In this document: piece after piece, positions 13,262 through 24,998 of the stretch
How the letters are laid out: the number at the start of each line of letters is the position of its first letter
How positions within the stretch are numbered: the stretch's first letter is position 1
Source: Scyliorhinus canicula
Taxonomy: Eukaryota
NCBI RefSeq assembly: GCF_902713615.1
Contig: NC_052152.1
Span: 51,807,810-51,871,809 of the forward strand
Length of the DNA stretch: 64,000 nucleotides
Direction of reading: 5' to 3'
The notes under the pieces: generated by a model
Seen by the model: only the letters and a program-made list of their open reading frames with translations
Databases searched by the model: none
Told to the model about the DNA's origin: nothing
Position numbers and translations under genes: made by a program

Positions 13262-13734
13262 TGTGGTGATATGCATCACTGTAAATACACAAGGGGTTAA
13301 TGTAAATACACGTAGACTAGATAGACACTAGAGGGAGCACCAGAGACATGACACACAGATATTCAACCAATAGGTCAGTAAGATAGGACACGACCAATGG
13401 GCAGTCATGACACAAACAGAGGTGACACTACCACAGGGGGGCATTGCATCAACCCATATAAAAGGACACAGCACACATGATCTTCCTCTTTCCAGTGGAG
13501 ACACTGAGTGAGTACACACAGGGTTGATTCAACACATCACACCCACCACGTGGATTGCAGACTGGTTAGTTAGTCTGAGTAGCTATAGCAGGATTAACAG
13601 GCGAGTCGAATCCAAGTAGGAGAATTGTTACCAGTTTAATAAATGTGTTAAAGCTATCTCTAAGTCTGAACCTTCCTTTGTCAGAGTGTACATCAAGGAA
13701 GCAGCTTACGCTACGTCAAGACCATAATAAAACA
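13262..13734 (+). mobile_element. Solo LTR (473 bp) with perfect 5-bp TSD
   Basis: TGTGGTGATATGCA...AAAACA; TSD GAATC at 13257-61 and 13735-39; CATATAAAA TATA box and AATAAA. Confidence 0.9.
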
Positions 13735-14074
13735 GAATCCTTAGTCAATGCTCAATTAGTGGATTGGCCCCAATGTCCTTCTCGGTAAAACTAGCTGGAT
13801 AACTGTCTTGACTGTGATGCTTCTAAAGTCAAACAGTCATCAACATTCACTATCAAAACTCACACATGAATAATGTGCAAGTTCCGAAAGGTTATTTTTG
13901 ACACTGTAATGTAAGAAAGAGTCAATATCCAGAGTGAGAATATTACCAAGTAATTTTAAAAGGAAGAAAAAAGTAGTTTTTGAGAATTCCACATAAGCGC
14001 TTTTGTTGAGGATCCTGTAAACACAGGAATTTCCATATAAACTGGGAAAGTGCATTATCCAGAGCTATTATTGT

Positions 14075-14233
14075 ATAATAATAACTTATTGTCACAAGTA
14101 GGCTTCAATGAAGTTTCTGTGAAAAGCCCCTCGTCACCACATTCCGGCGCCTGTTCGCAGAGGCCGGAACGGGAATTGAACCCACGCTGCTGGCATTGTT
14201 CTGCATTACCAGCCTCTGCGCTAAACCAGCCCC
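14075..14233 (-). mobile_element. tRNA-derived SINE (second head type) with (ATT)n tail
   Basis: Minus strand begins GGGGCTGGTTTAGCGCAG...GGTTCAATTCC (A/B boxes) and ends GGGGCTTTTCACAG...GTGACAATAAG(TTA)n. Confidence 0.85.
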
Positions 14234-14539
14234 TATCACTTTGAGGCCAAATTTCAAATGGAGACGGAATGACCTGCAATTTCCCACTACAAGCCTGCTT
14301 GCTGTTTCCTTCCTCGGGGCCATTTTCACTCCGGAAGGATGTCGGACAAGCAGTTTGATAACTTAGCGACAGATCAGGAGTTGAGAGAGACAGTGGTAAG
14401 GTAGAGTTTGGTGTTATTGACGTACATGTGAAAACTAATGCTTCTTTTGGATAATGTTACTGAGGGACAATATGTATGGGAAATAGAGGTGGGGGGGGGG
14501 GGGGGGTACAAGGATAAATACTTAAGGAACAGCAGAGTT

Positions 14540-14924
14540 TTTTTTTGTTTTTTAAAAAATAATTTTTATTAAGATTTTCACAAAATATAAACAACGAAAC
14601 AATATTAACAAAACAACCATGGTAGAAACCCAAGAACAACAGCCACCCAACTACAAAAGCAACTACAAAAACAAAAAAAGCAAACAACAAAAAGGAAGGA
14701 GATAACACCCGCCACATCCAACAAACCCATGTACACAATTCTCCCTCCCACCGAACCAACCCCCCCCCCCCCCCCCCCCCCCCCGGGTTGCTGCTGCTGC
14801 CGGCCTATTTCCCTACCGTTCCGCCAGGAAGTCCAGGAAAGGCTGCCACCGCCTAAAGAACCCCTGTACTGATCTCCTCAGGGCAAATTTCACCTTCTCC
14901 AATTTGATGAACCCCGCCATATAG
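14540..14924 (-). mobile_element. 5'-truncated L1-clade LINE 3' end with 14-bp TSD
   Basis: MAGFIKLEKVKFALRRSVQGFFRRWQPFLDFLAER* then 3' UTR and poly(A); TSD GGAACAGCAGAGTT at 14526-39 and 14925-38. Confidence 0.9.
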
Positions 14925-16151
14925 GGAACAGCAGAGTTAATGATACAGGATCAGAAAAGAGAAGCCAGTGCAGCCAATTCTTGGCTACTATACATTTAAG
15001 AATGGAACTAGAAAAAGACAGTTCCACTCATATGGAGGTGTTGGAAGTGAATGGTGCGAACAACCATGTCAAAGGCAGCAGACAGGTCGAGATGGACAAG
15101 GAAAGATACTTTATCTTTGTCACAGACATATAGGGAGGTATTAATATAAGTGAGTGAATTCTTGCCCATTACCTGGAGAACTGGCAATAGGGGCCATCCG
15201 TGGGATCAAGGGCTCCATTGGCGGAAGACAAAACCACAGAGGGCAACTGGTCAGAGGCCGGCACCTCTTCATTGCTCAGCAGCGCCACTAAGGAGGTGGT
15301 GGCTTCTCCTGGTACAAGGCTTAATATCACAATGGATCCAGGCAGAAGTGAGTAATGGTGGGATGGGGTATGGGCTTGACAACAAGGGCAGGTGGTGGCT
15401 TACAGTGTCAGATGCTGGCTCCCTCAATCGGGCAGAGTGCCTTTTAAGGAAGGGTTCCTGGGAGTGCACAAGCAACCTCAACAGGGTTTGCTTTTTGGCC
15501 TCTTCACGTGAGAGTCCCCTGCCTGTGGCTGGGGGAATACCAGTGCTGGAGGGTTGAGGCTCTTAAGTGTTCATTAAGTATTCTCTTAAGGTCCACATTG
15601 GTGGCGGGGCAGAAGAATGTCTGCGGAGCTAACTGAGGCAAAGGTAGGAAGGCAGGAATGTCCCTACTCACCACCCTCCCTCCTGACTAAATGCAGCCCC
15701 CTCCACCAAACTCACCTTGGGAGAAAGCATTAAAGTCATCCATAAAATGTCATTTGCAGCATTGATAAGAGTCATTTTGATACAGAGGTAGGTGCAGAAA
15801 CTTAATTGGAGGGATTGAAACATGGAGTTCTGGGAAAGATGGGCATGGATTTGGTAGGCGACAACATGTTCAAGGACTTGGGGAGCAAAGAGAGCTAGGA
15901 GACGGGTAGCAATTTGCAAGGATGGTGGAGGGGGAAAGTCGAGGGTCTTTTTTTTATAAGGAGAGAGATATTGATGGCAGATTCGAAGGAGAGTGGGACT
16001 GTACCTGAACCGTTACCAAAATCAACTAATATGAGAACCAGGAAGGGAACTTGGGCATCAGCAGATTAGTGTGACCGAAATCGAGGGAGCAGGAGGTGGG
16101 CCTTGTGGACCAAATGAGTTCAGTCAGGAGAGAAAGTAGAGAAAGATGTGC

Positions 16152-16756
16152 GGGCTGGATTCTCCGCACCCCGACGCAGAAATCGCGTCCGGCGCTGGGG
16201 CGGAGAATCTACCTTCGCACATGGAATTTGGACCGGCGCTAGTTCCTAGATTCTCCGGCCCCCAAAAACCGGTGCACTTGGGGAAGTATCACCCACCTGC
16301 GGCCATGCCAGAGGCCCGCCCCGCTATTCTCTGCCCACGAAGTCCAGGCGGCGTGGATCTAACGTGATCCTGCCATCCGGGATACTCACGTGGTGGCTGT
16401 GGACTCAGTCCAAGGCGCCATGGTCGAGGTGGGCCGATCAGAGGGCAGGGAGGATCTCATACGGGACCAGGCTGCATTTGGGCGGTTGGTCTGGGTCAGG
16501 CACGTGGCCGATCAGGGGTACTATCTAAAAGGTCCAGCTCCGCGGTCTGAGTCCGCCATGGAGCACGGCGCAGCCTCTGACCCGGAAGTGCGGGGGCCCA
16601 TATCTGCAGCTAAAGCTGCTAGATTCACAAAGGATCCCTGCTAGCCCCCTGCAGGGCTATGAATGTGTGGCCTGTTTACGCCAGTTTTTCTGGCATGAAA
16701 GGCCACAATTTTACGACGGCGTGGGGTCATAGTCCCTGAAACGGAGAGTCTAGCCC
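16152..16756. mobile_element. Harbinger-type MITE
   Basis: TIRs GGGCTGGATTCTCC / GGAGAGTCTAGCCC; TSD unclear. Confidence 0.75.
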
Positions 16757-16839
16757 GTGAGTTCAGGGCTAGGGCAGAGCGGGACCTTTAGAGAAAGTTT
16801 GGTCTGGTGGAACTCTGTGCTGCAGAAGGCTGCAGAGAC

Positions 16840-17010
16840 CAAATCACTGAGTGTCTTTTAGACAGAGATAGATAGATTCTTGATTAATAAGGGGATCAGG
16901 GGTTATGGGGAGAAGGCAGGAGAATGGGGATGAGAAAAATATCAGCCATGATTGAATGGCGGAGCAGATTCGATGGGCCGAATGGCCTAATTCTGCTCCT
17001 ATGTCTTATG
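16840..17010 (+). mobile_element. CR1 3' end
   Basis: ...GATGGGCCGAATGGCCTAATTCTGCTCCTATGTCTTATG tail. Confidence 0.85.
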
Positions 17011-17809
17011 GCGGGCTACTGGAAGGAAGGAAGATGGCAAAGGCAGCTGGCCAGATGGTCTCAAGTTCAACGAAGTCAATTAGCTCTTTGCACTTACTGC
17101 ACCATTATATCACTGAGACTTATGTAGTTTCAATGTGCAAAACTGATTATAAGTTGTTAGAAATGCATAAAAGAAACAATCTTTCACAATAATGTTTAAC
17201 TCCACATCTTGAAAGAAATGATTATCCAATAGTAGTGTACCACAATTTCCCTTTGGGAAGTGATATTAAGTTAAACCATATACATAAGGGATTGTAAAAG
17301 TTTAAATAATAATTTGCCACCATTTACTGCTGTTAGCACATCATTGCTCTGACTCCATTAGTGTTCAGCCTAAGTGCCTTTCTGTAGTGTCTTTGGGGAT
17401 CAGAACGAATATTCAACAGAGTGAACTGGAAACAGTAATGACTTGTATTGTCAAGACTAAGGCAAGATCTTGCCCCCCGAGTGAGGGAGGAATTAAACAA
17501 AGCATTGTGTCCATTGTTCTGTTCAACTTAACTGGGGAAAATGATATCTGTTAATAAGTGTCAAGTAATCTGATCTTAGGTAGAAGGATGATCTTTATGG
17601 AAATTGCAAATTTAATATTAATAGTTTATAAATAATTTATAAGATATGAAAAAATTATTTTTAATTAAATGTTCAGTACAGACTCTATTTTAATTTAGAG
17701 CAGCAAATGTGAGTCACTCACAGCAGGGCAGGCTGTACCTGTGGAGAGAGCAGACAACTTAATATTTTGGGTGCAAATCCGTCATGAGAACTGGAAGTTG
17801 TTGAAGATA

Positions 17810-18160
17810 AACGACTTTGGTCACACTCTCACCTCTGAGTCAGATAGTTGTCGGTTCAAGCCCTCTCCTGAGGGTTGAACATGTAATCTAGGCTGTTACG
17901 CAGTTCAGCATGAGGGGAATGCTGCACTATCAGAGATGCCGCCCTGGAGTTGAGAGGTTAAACCGAGGCTTTGTCCACCCTTTCTGCGGATGGAAAAGAT
18001 TCCATGGCACTATTCAGAAGAACAGGAGACTTCTCCCAATGACCTGGCCAATGTGTATCCCTTACCCGTTGCCCAAAATGGATTATACGGTTGCTATCTT
18101 ATTTCAGTTCGTGGGAGCTTTTTATGTGCAAATTGGCTATTGTGTTTCCTAAATTATAAG
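17810..18160 (+). mobile_element. Deu-domain SINE (SacSINE1/AmnSINE1-like)
   Basis: GAGGGGAATGCTGCACTATCAGAGATGCC...TTAAACCGAGG...AAAAGATTCCATGGCACTATT...GTGGGAGCTTTTTATGTGCAAATTGGCT, recognisable as the Deu core. Confidence 0.7.
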
Positions 18161-18819
18161 TCATGTCATGTTGTTCAGATTAAAGGGTTAACAACAGAAG
18201 CATGTGGAGCTGATGTATCTAAGACACAATGACCCATGCCTAAATAACAGAGATCTGGAGGAAGGAGAACTCCAACCTTGTGCAGATTTCCGAAGTTGTA
18301 CATAAAGCTGTAAATAAATAATAATGGTTTAACAACCTACAGTCTTGAGTAGCTTACTCAGGGAAAGTAAACCAACCTCGAAGAACCCCATCTGGACCCC
18401 AAGCACACAACAAAACAGCATGCGTTGTCTGAAGGCATGTCCTTGCCACATTGTCTGCTGGTGCTTCATCCTGGACATTTTAATGGCAGCTATTACCTGT
18501 GACAGTTTGACATTGCCTTCCATTCTCAGGGTCAGGGCGAGGAGGTAGGCCCCAAGTCTACCTCAGCTGGAACTGAGCCCAAACTGTTACCGTTAATCTG
18601 AACTACACATGGACCATGTAGCCAAGCTGGTGAATAGGTCCCTTTAAACCAACAAAAGGGATCAAAATGAGGGAAAAATTAAATGATACAACTAATTTAC
18701 AAGGCAGTTGAGGAACAGACCTTATTATATCGTGCAGAATTGAACATCAAGAAAAGAGGAACAATGACTGGATACTAATGGTAGGTGGATGCCGAGATGG
18801 ATGTGTGAAGTAAAAGTAA

Positions 18820-19318
18820 AAGCAGAGTTGCCATAGTCTCAAATGACTATAAGCTGGTTCCTCCTGTGAGGGGGAGAACTGACTGGTGGTAATTTAACCT
18901 GATGATTAGCACACCTCAGGCGAGGAGCAAGGTTGACAAGGTGGAGCATTCATGGATAACCTCAGCCGATGTAGGAAGTGTACACATGCTGTTGGCCTTG
19001 CTCTGCATCACAAAGTGGTGACCACTGGCACCACAGTGGCACAGTAGTGAGCACTGCCTTGGGTCACTGTGGAGTTTACATGTTCTCCCAGTGTCTGTGT
19101 GGGTTTTCCCCGGGTGCTCCGGTTTCCTCCCACAGTCCAAAGATGTGCAGGGTAGGTGGATTATTCATGATAAATTGCCCGTTAGTGTCCAGGGATGTGC
19201 AGGTCAGGTGGTGTAACGGGGATAGGGCAGGGAGTGGGCCTAGGTCGGGTGGTCTTTCGATGTTCGGTGCAGACTCAATGGGCCGAATGGCCTCCTTCAG
19301 CACCGTAGATATTCTGTG
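18820..19318. mobile_element. Minus-strand SINE remnant followed by a plus-strand V-SINE with CR1 tail (about 19030-19318)
   Basis: 18820-19010 resembles the SINE at 60173-60380; 19030 onward has a V core and a GGGCCGAATGGCCTCCTTC tail. Confidence 0.75.
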
Positions 19319-19630
19319 AAGAAAAATGTCTGTATTCCGAATGATTCTGGTGAATGGCTCAGGGAAGAATACTCATTATTACTAAAACACAGAGACTCTA
19401 CAATTACTGCTGTGAAGGAACAGTGAGAACATTAATGGCCATCGGCTCCATTCAATCCTACTTGCAGGAAATGAGCTGTGACACAAAGCTGACTCTTTAG
19501 ACTTCAAGGGACAGCTTCATTTGAGACTGAAGTAGATGATGGAGATGGGAATGAATGGAAAGAGAGAGATGAAGTCTAAGCTACAGAGTGTACAGAAATA
19601 GAAAGTGTCTGACGAACAAACAAAAACTAC

Positions 19631-20318
19631 GGCGCGGGATTCTCCGATCCCCCGCTGGGCGGGAGAATCGCCGGGGGGGCAGCATGAATCCCACCCCCGC
19701 AGGCTGCCGAATTCTCCGGCGCCGGGGTTTTGGCAGGGGCGGGAATCGCGCCGTGCTGGTCAAGGGGCCGTTGGCAGTGGCACCCCCCGGCGATTCTCCG
19801 GCCCGCGATGGGCCGAGTGGATGCTTGTTTTAGGCCGGTCCCGTCTGTAAATTAGACCAGGTACTTATCGGCGGGACCTGGCTCTGCGGGCGGCCTCGGA
19901 GGGGCGTGGGGGTATCCGACCCTGGGGGTGGGGGGTGGGGGGGGGGGTGCCCCCACGGTGGCCTGGCCCATGATTGAGGCCCACCGATCAGCGGGCGGGC
20001 CTGTGCCGTGGGGGCACTCTTTCCCTCCGCACCGGCTGCTGTGGACCACCGCCATGGTCGGTGCGGAGACGAACCCCCCCCGCACATGAGCTGGGATGAC
20101 GCCAGCACACGCTGGCACCCCCGCGCATGCGCCAACTCGCGCCGGCTGGCGGAGGTCCTTCGGCGCCGATTGGCGCGGCGATAACCCCGCCAGTGACGGC
20201 CTAGCCCCTGAAGGTGCGGAGGATTCCGCCGCTTGCGGGTGGCCCGACGCCGGAGTGGCTCACGCCACTCCTCGGCGCCGGGACCTCCCGCCCCGCCTGT
20301 TAGGGGAGATTCCCGCCC
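19631..20318. mobile_element. Harbinger-type MITE (about 690 bp, GC-rich)
   Basis: TIR-like GCGGGATTCTCC / GGAGATTCCCGCCC; interior homologous to 34084, 55362 and 60561. Confidence 0.85.
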
Positions 20319-20688
20319 AAGGTTTTATGTTTTTAAAGGAGCTTCTTTATAGTAGTAAAGGGAGGATAGCTTGATAATATTTGATGCAAGTCGTGCTCAG
20401 GCAGAGAATCGGGCATCTCAAGCTAAATTGGACGCTTTGGTTCCTTACTGGTGCTGAAAATTAGGTTTCCGACCCGCGCCGTTGGCAGCATGCGAATACT
20501 GCATTTGCATGTATTTAAATATGATTAACACGTTTGATCCACTCCAGTACTCCATGATGCTTCGCCCCTCTCAGGCGGAAATCACGTGGGTGCGGTTTGC
20601 TACAGGTTGTTACTAACAGGGGACTGGTCAGCATGGCTGCTGGGGAGAGAGTGAAAGTAAGCAAAGTTTGTAAAAACTGTAGCGCCAG

Positions 20689-20950
20689 GTGGCTGGCAGG
20701 GCCGGGAGAGTAGGGGTACAGGTACACAGGTGTATCTGCACTGTGACGGATGCCCTGTGTGCCCGTGAAACAGACTACATAAACTTCAGTCTGGACCAAG
20801 CACACCAGGATGCCTGGGCAGCAGGATTTGGCACCATTGCTCGCATGCCCCAGGTCCAGGGAGTGATCGATGACACACAAGCCCCCTACGAGCACCAGCT
20901 CATCAGGGGGGCCCTTCGTCAATCACTCCTCAGGGTGCGCTGTGGGAGGC
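20689..20950 (+). pseudogene. Harbinger/PIF (HARBI1-like) DDE transposase remnant, internally deleted
   Basis: VHRCICTVTDALCARETDYINFSLDQAHQDAWAAGFGTIARMPQVQGVIDDTQ matches the Harbinger region leading into the G(A/V)IDGTH first catalytic Asp motif. Confidence 0.8.
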
Positions 20951-21829
20951 TGGTGGTTTGGGATGTTGGTCTGGGAGGATGGCATGGGGCAGGGCCCTGA
21001 GGACAGTTGAACATTCCACCTGAGGTCACCGTCCGAGGTGACAGGGAATCAGGGCAGAAGTGTGCGACCATCCTGTCGGACAGCTTACTCAGTGAGTATC
21101 ATATCACTGCTCACCATCTCCATAACTGCAGCCCCCTCACCCCCCCATTCTCTCAGCTCTCAACCCCCTCTCCCCCCCCCCACACACACACACTCGGCAG
21201 CCCAGTCTATCCCTCACACCCTTCAGATAAAGGATTGAGGTAGCTCGGAATATTGATGAAAAGTTGTTTAATTGTGAGTATATAGTGTGCCCTGACCCCT
21301 ACCTCTAACCTATGTTCTGTACCCATACCAATTTGTCTTGCGTCTAACTTCCTTATTTTAAGTAGCCTACTGCTCCTTCTAGGTGTGACCCCAGTCAGAA
21401 CATAGAAATAGCCTGCTGCATAACTCACCCTCTAACCTGAGTGCCTTTGGAAGATGTCCTCTGGAGGGCCTGGACCTGGATGGGCCTGGCTGACTTTCGT
21501 GTATCACGGTGATTAAGTGCCACCTTGTTCTGCCCGCTGCCCATGAGATGCGCCAGTGTCAGGTAGGGGCGGATTCAGAAATGCTGAGGTGTTTCAGCAC
21601 ATCCCTTGCGGGAGGCATCGGCACAAGCCCCACCACTTCCACCGCCCTCGGGGTACTTGATGGCCCCCGGACTACTCCATGGAGCGCAGGTGAGGCTGCA
21701 GTGAGCTCTGAAGGTTCCCCCATCACCTGGTGCTGCCAGCCCTGGAGGCCCGCTCTCATTTCAACCAGTGTCTCGATGTCTTCAACCATGGAGTACTGAG
21801 ACTGGGCCATGTTCCTCAGTGAGTGAGTC

Positions 21830-23037
21830 ATATCCCTCTGCGCCTTGGTTATGTCCCTCTGCATCTCAGTCATGTCCCTTTGTGCCTCGGTCATGCCTCT
21901 CTGTGTCTCAGTCATGTCCCTTTGTGCCTCGGTCATGTCTCTCTGTGTCTCGGTCATGTCCCTTTGTGCCTCGGTCATGTCCCTCTGCGCCTCGGTCATG
22001 TACCTCTGTGCTTCGGTCATGTCTCTCTGTTCTTCGGTCATGTCCCTCTGCGCCTCGGTCATGTCCCTCTGCGCCTCGGTCATGTCCCTCTGCGCTTCGG
22101 TCATGTCCCTCTGTGCTTCGGTCATGTCCCTCTGCGCTTCGGTCATGTCCCTCTGCGCCTCGGTCATGTCCTCTGCACATTGGTCATCTCCCTCTGCGCC
22201 TCGGTCATGTCCCTCTGCGCCTCGGTCATGTCCCTCTGCGCCTCGGTCATGTCCCTCTGCGCCTTGGTCATGTCCCTCTGTGCTTCGGTCATGTCCCTTT
22301 GTGCCTCGGTCATGTCCCTCTGCACGTTGGTCATGTCCCTCTGTGCTTCGGTCATGTCCCTCTGTGCCTCGGTCATGTCCCTCTGTGCCTCGGTCATGTC
22401 CCTCTGCGCCTCAGTCATGTCCCTCTGTGCCTCGGTCATGTCCCTCTGCGCCTCGGTCATGTCCCTCTGTGCCTCGGTCATGTCCCTCTGTGCCTCGGTC
22501 ATGTCCCTCTGTGCCTCGGTCATGTCCCTCTGCACGTTGGTCATGTCCCTCTGCGCCTCGGTCATGTCCCTCTGTGCTTCGGTCATGTCCCTCTGCGCCT
22601 CGGTCATGTCCCTCTGTGCTTCGGTCATGTCCCTTTGTGCCTCGGTCATGTCCCTCTGTGCCTCGGTCATGTCCCTCTGCGCCTCGGTCATGTCCCTCTG
22701 TGCTTCGGTCATGTCCCTCTGCGCCTCGGTCATGTCCCTCTGTGCCTCGGTCATGTCCCTCTGTGCCTCGGTCATGTCCCTCTGTGCTTCGGTCATGTCC
22801 CTTTGTGCCTCGGTCATGTCCCTCTGCACGTTGGTCATGTCCCTCTGCACGTTGGTCATGTCCCTCTGCGCCTCGGTCATGTCCCTCTGTGCTTCGGTCA
22901 TGTCCCTCTGTGCTTCGGTCATGTCCCTCTGCGCTTCCGTCATGTCCCTCTGCGCCTCGGTCATGTCCTCTGTGCCTCGGTCATGTCCCTCTGCGCCTCG
23001 GTCATGTCCCTCTGTGCTTCGGTCATGTCCCTCTGTG
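21830..23037 (-). repeat. 21-bp minisatellite, about 57 units, encoding (MTEAQRD)n
   Basis: Plus-strand consensus CTCGGTCATGTCCCTCTG(T/C)GC; by count about 3+38+16 units, separated by two 20-bp units (near 22170 and 22967). Confidence 0.97.
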
Positions 23038-23380
23038 ACGGAGACAAGCTTTGGAGCACCGCAGCAATGTCCATGTGACTGGCTGCCTGTGACTGAGCTC
23101 CCCTGTCCTGAGCCTCAGCCATCAACTATACAGTGTGTCCCAAGTGTTGGGTGTCTTGACCTACGGCTGTGACATTTTGACCAAAGGCTTCCACCGCGGA
23201 CGCCACCCGTTCAGTTTTGGTTTGGGTACCATGCATTGTAGCATAATCTGAACCACCTGAAGGTGGTTGACTCCTGCAACTGCAGCTGCAGGCGCTGGAA
23301 GGTTGCTAACACCCGCTCCTGCAGATCCTGGCTCTGCGTCTGCATCTCCGCCAGTGATGGGATCATAATTTCCAGAAGAG

Positions 23381-23608
23381 GGGCAGCACAGTGGCCTAGT
23401 GATTAGCACAGCTGCCTCACGGCGCTGAGGTCCCAGGTTCGATCCCGGCTCTGGGTCACTGTCTGTGTGGAGTTTGTACATTTTCCCCGTGTCTGCATGG
23501 GTTTCGCCCCCACAACCCAAAAATGTGCAGAGTAGGTGGATTGGCCACACTAAATTGCCCCTTAATTGGAAAAAATAATTGGGTAATCTAAATTTTAAAA
23601 TAAAAATA
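23381..23608 (+). mobile_element. V-SINE, short-tailed, 16-bp TSD, inserted in the Myb gene
   Basis: TSD ATAATTTCCAGAAGAG at 23365-80 and 23609-24. Confidence 0.93.
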
Positions 23609-23999
23609 ATAATTTCCAGAAGAGCGATACCTGACCAGACTACAGCTGGTTCCTGAGACTGGGCAGTCCTCTGTGTGTCTGCATATTTGTGAGTCCCTAC
23701 CTCCAACTGATGTGCTGCAGCATATGTGATGTGCACAGCAGACGGTGACCCAGGAGCCTCCTTACTAAAATGTCTCACCGAGATGCTAGTCTCTGTGATG
23801 ATGGAGGGTGCAGGTTAATGCAGTGCCGAGGAGTCAGTGTTGTCCCCGGACTGGTCCTCCGGGGTGTGATGGGGACGAGCTACCCCACATGGCCCTGCAT
23901 GGTTTGTTGGTGATCCTGCAGCACAAATGAAAAGATACATGGTGATATCTTGGGAAGAAGTGGACTGGGGGAGAGGGGTGACTCACTTGAAAAAAAAAA

Positions 24000-24169
24000 T
24001 GAAAATGAAAATCGCTTATTGTCACGAGTAGGCTTCAGTGAAGTTACTGTGAAAAGCCCCTAGTCGCCACATTCCGGAGCCTATCCGGGGAGGCTGGTAT
24101 AGGAATCGAACCGTGCTGCTGGCCTGCTTTAAAAGCCAGCGATTTAGCCCAGTGAGCTAAACCAGCCCC
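24000..24169 (-). mobile_element. tRNA-derived SINE (second head type)
   Basis: GGGGCTGGTTTAGCTCACTGGGCTAAATCGCTGGC...GGTTCGATTCC head; shared GGGGCTTTTCACAG tail. Confidence 0.85.
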
Positions 24170-24637
24170 TTACTTTAGGGACATCATTTTCATGGGCTCA
24201 TTTGGCTGTCACATGCCGACCTCCGCCAAGGAGATAGCCCGCTCTTGCACCTCCCTAGATAATGCCATTGCCCTCTGCTTGGTGGAGGTCAGAGTCCAGT
24301 CCAGGGCACCCCCTCCAGTCTTCTCCAGCTCCCTTCTGTTATGGGCCACTTTTTCCGAGGGCACACATAAAAGACATGATGAGATGCATGGATGTGAGTT
24401 ACATGGGGGTGGGGGTGGGGTTTCTATAGCTGGTGGCATGTGTGTGGAATCGCCTGGCCAGAGAGGACAAACAGCTGGGTTTGGTGCAGGGTGGGATGTG
24501 AAGGAGATATGGGCAGGTGTGTTTTGATTGGCCTCCATGGGAGTGGGGGTCTGATGTGAGGAGTGAGGAACAGGAGTGATGCCAGTGGTGATGGCTCACC
24601 CGAGCTGCCTGAAGGAGGTCATTCATCCTCTTCCAGC

Positions 24638-24998
24638 TGTAACGATATGCAGATAGACATGTAATTTAGCTATGGCATTACCACTAGAGGGCACCACAAG
24701 ATCCCACTATATATACTAGCTCCCAGAGGATCTTGGTCTCTTTCCACACAGGAGTAGCTAGACAACAATAGTGTAGTATAGGTAGATCACAGCTTAGACA
24801 ACACGTGTAATTAAGATACAGTTTATGTAGTTAGATTTCATAACTTTATTTCTAGAGATCGTTCAGTAATGTCAAACTCATTTATTAGTTTTATCATTAC
24901 TTAATAAATTTGTTTGCTTTACATCGAAGACTCATGTATTCTTCAGGATCATCAGCAACCAGTAATGACATATATTACTTCAACCCAATAATATAACA
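24638..24998 (+). mobile_element. Solo LTR (361 bp) inserted in the Myb-domain exon
   Basis: TGTAACGATATGCA...TAACA; TSD CCAGC/GCAGC; TATATATA and AATAAA; Myb coding sequence resumes on both sides. Confidence 0.85.

Noticed and set aside
21830-23037. CRISPR-like array
   Set aside because: Units are contiguous with no unique spacers, there are no cas genes, and the context is eukaryotic.
21768-23172. Plus-strand Cys-rich ORFs of 436, 449 and 397 aa (SVMSLCA / LGHVPLC / RSCPSAP repeats)
   Set aside because: Shadow frames: the 21-mer has no stop in five of six frames, and only the minus MTEAQRD frame connects to recognisable Harbinger sequence.
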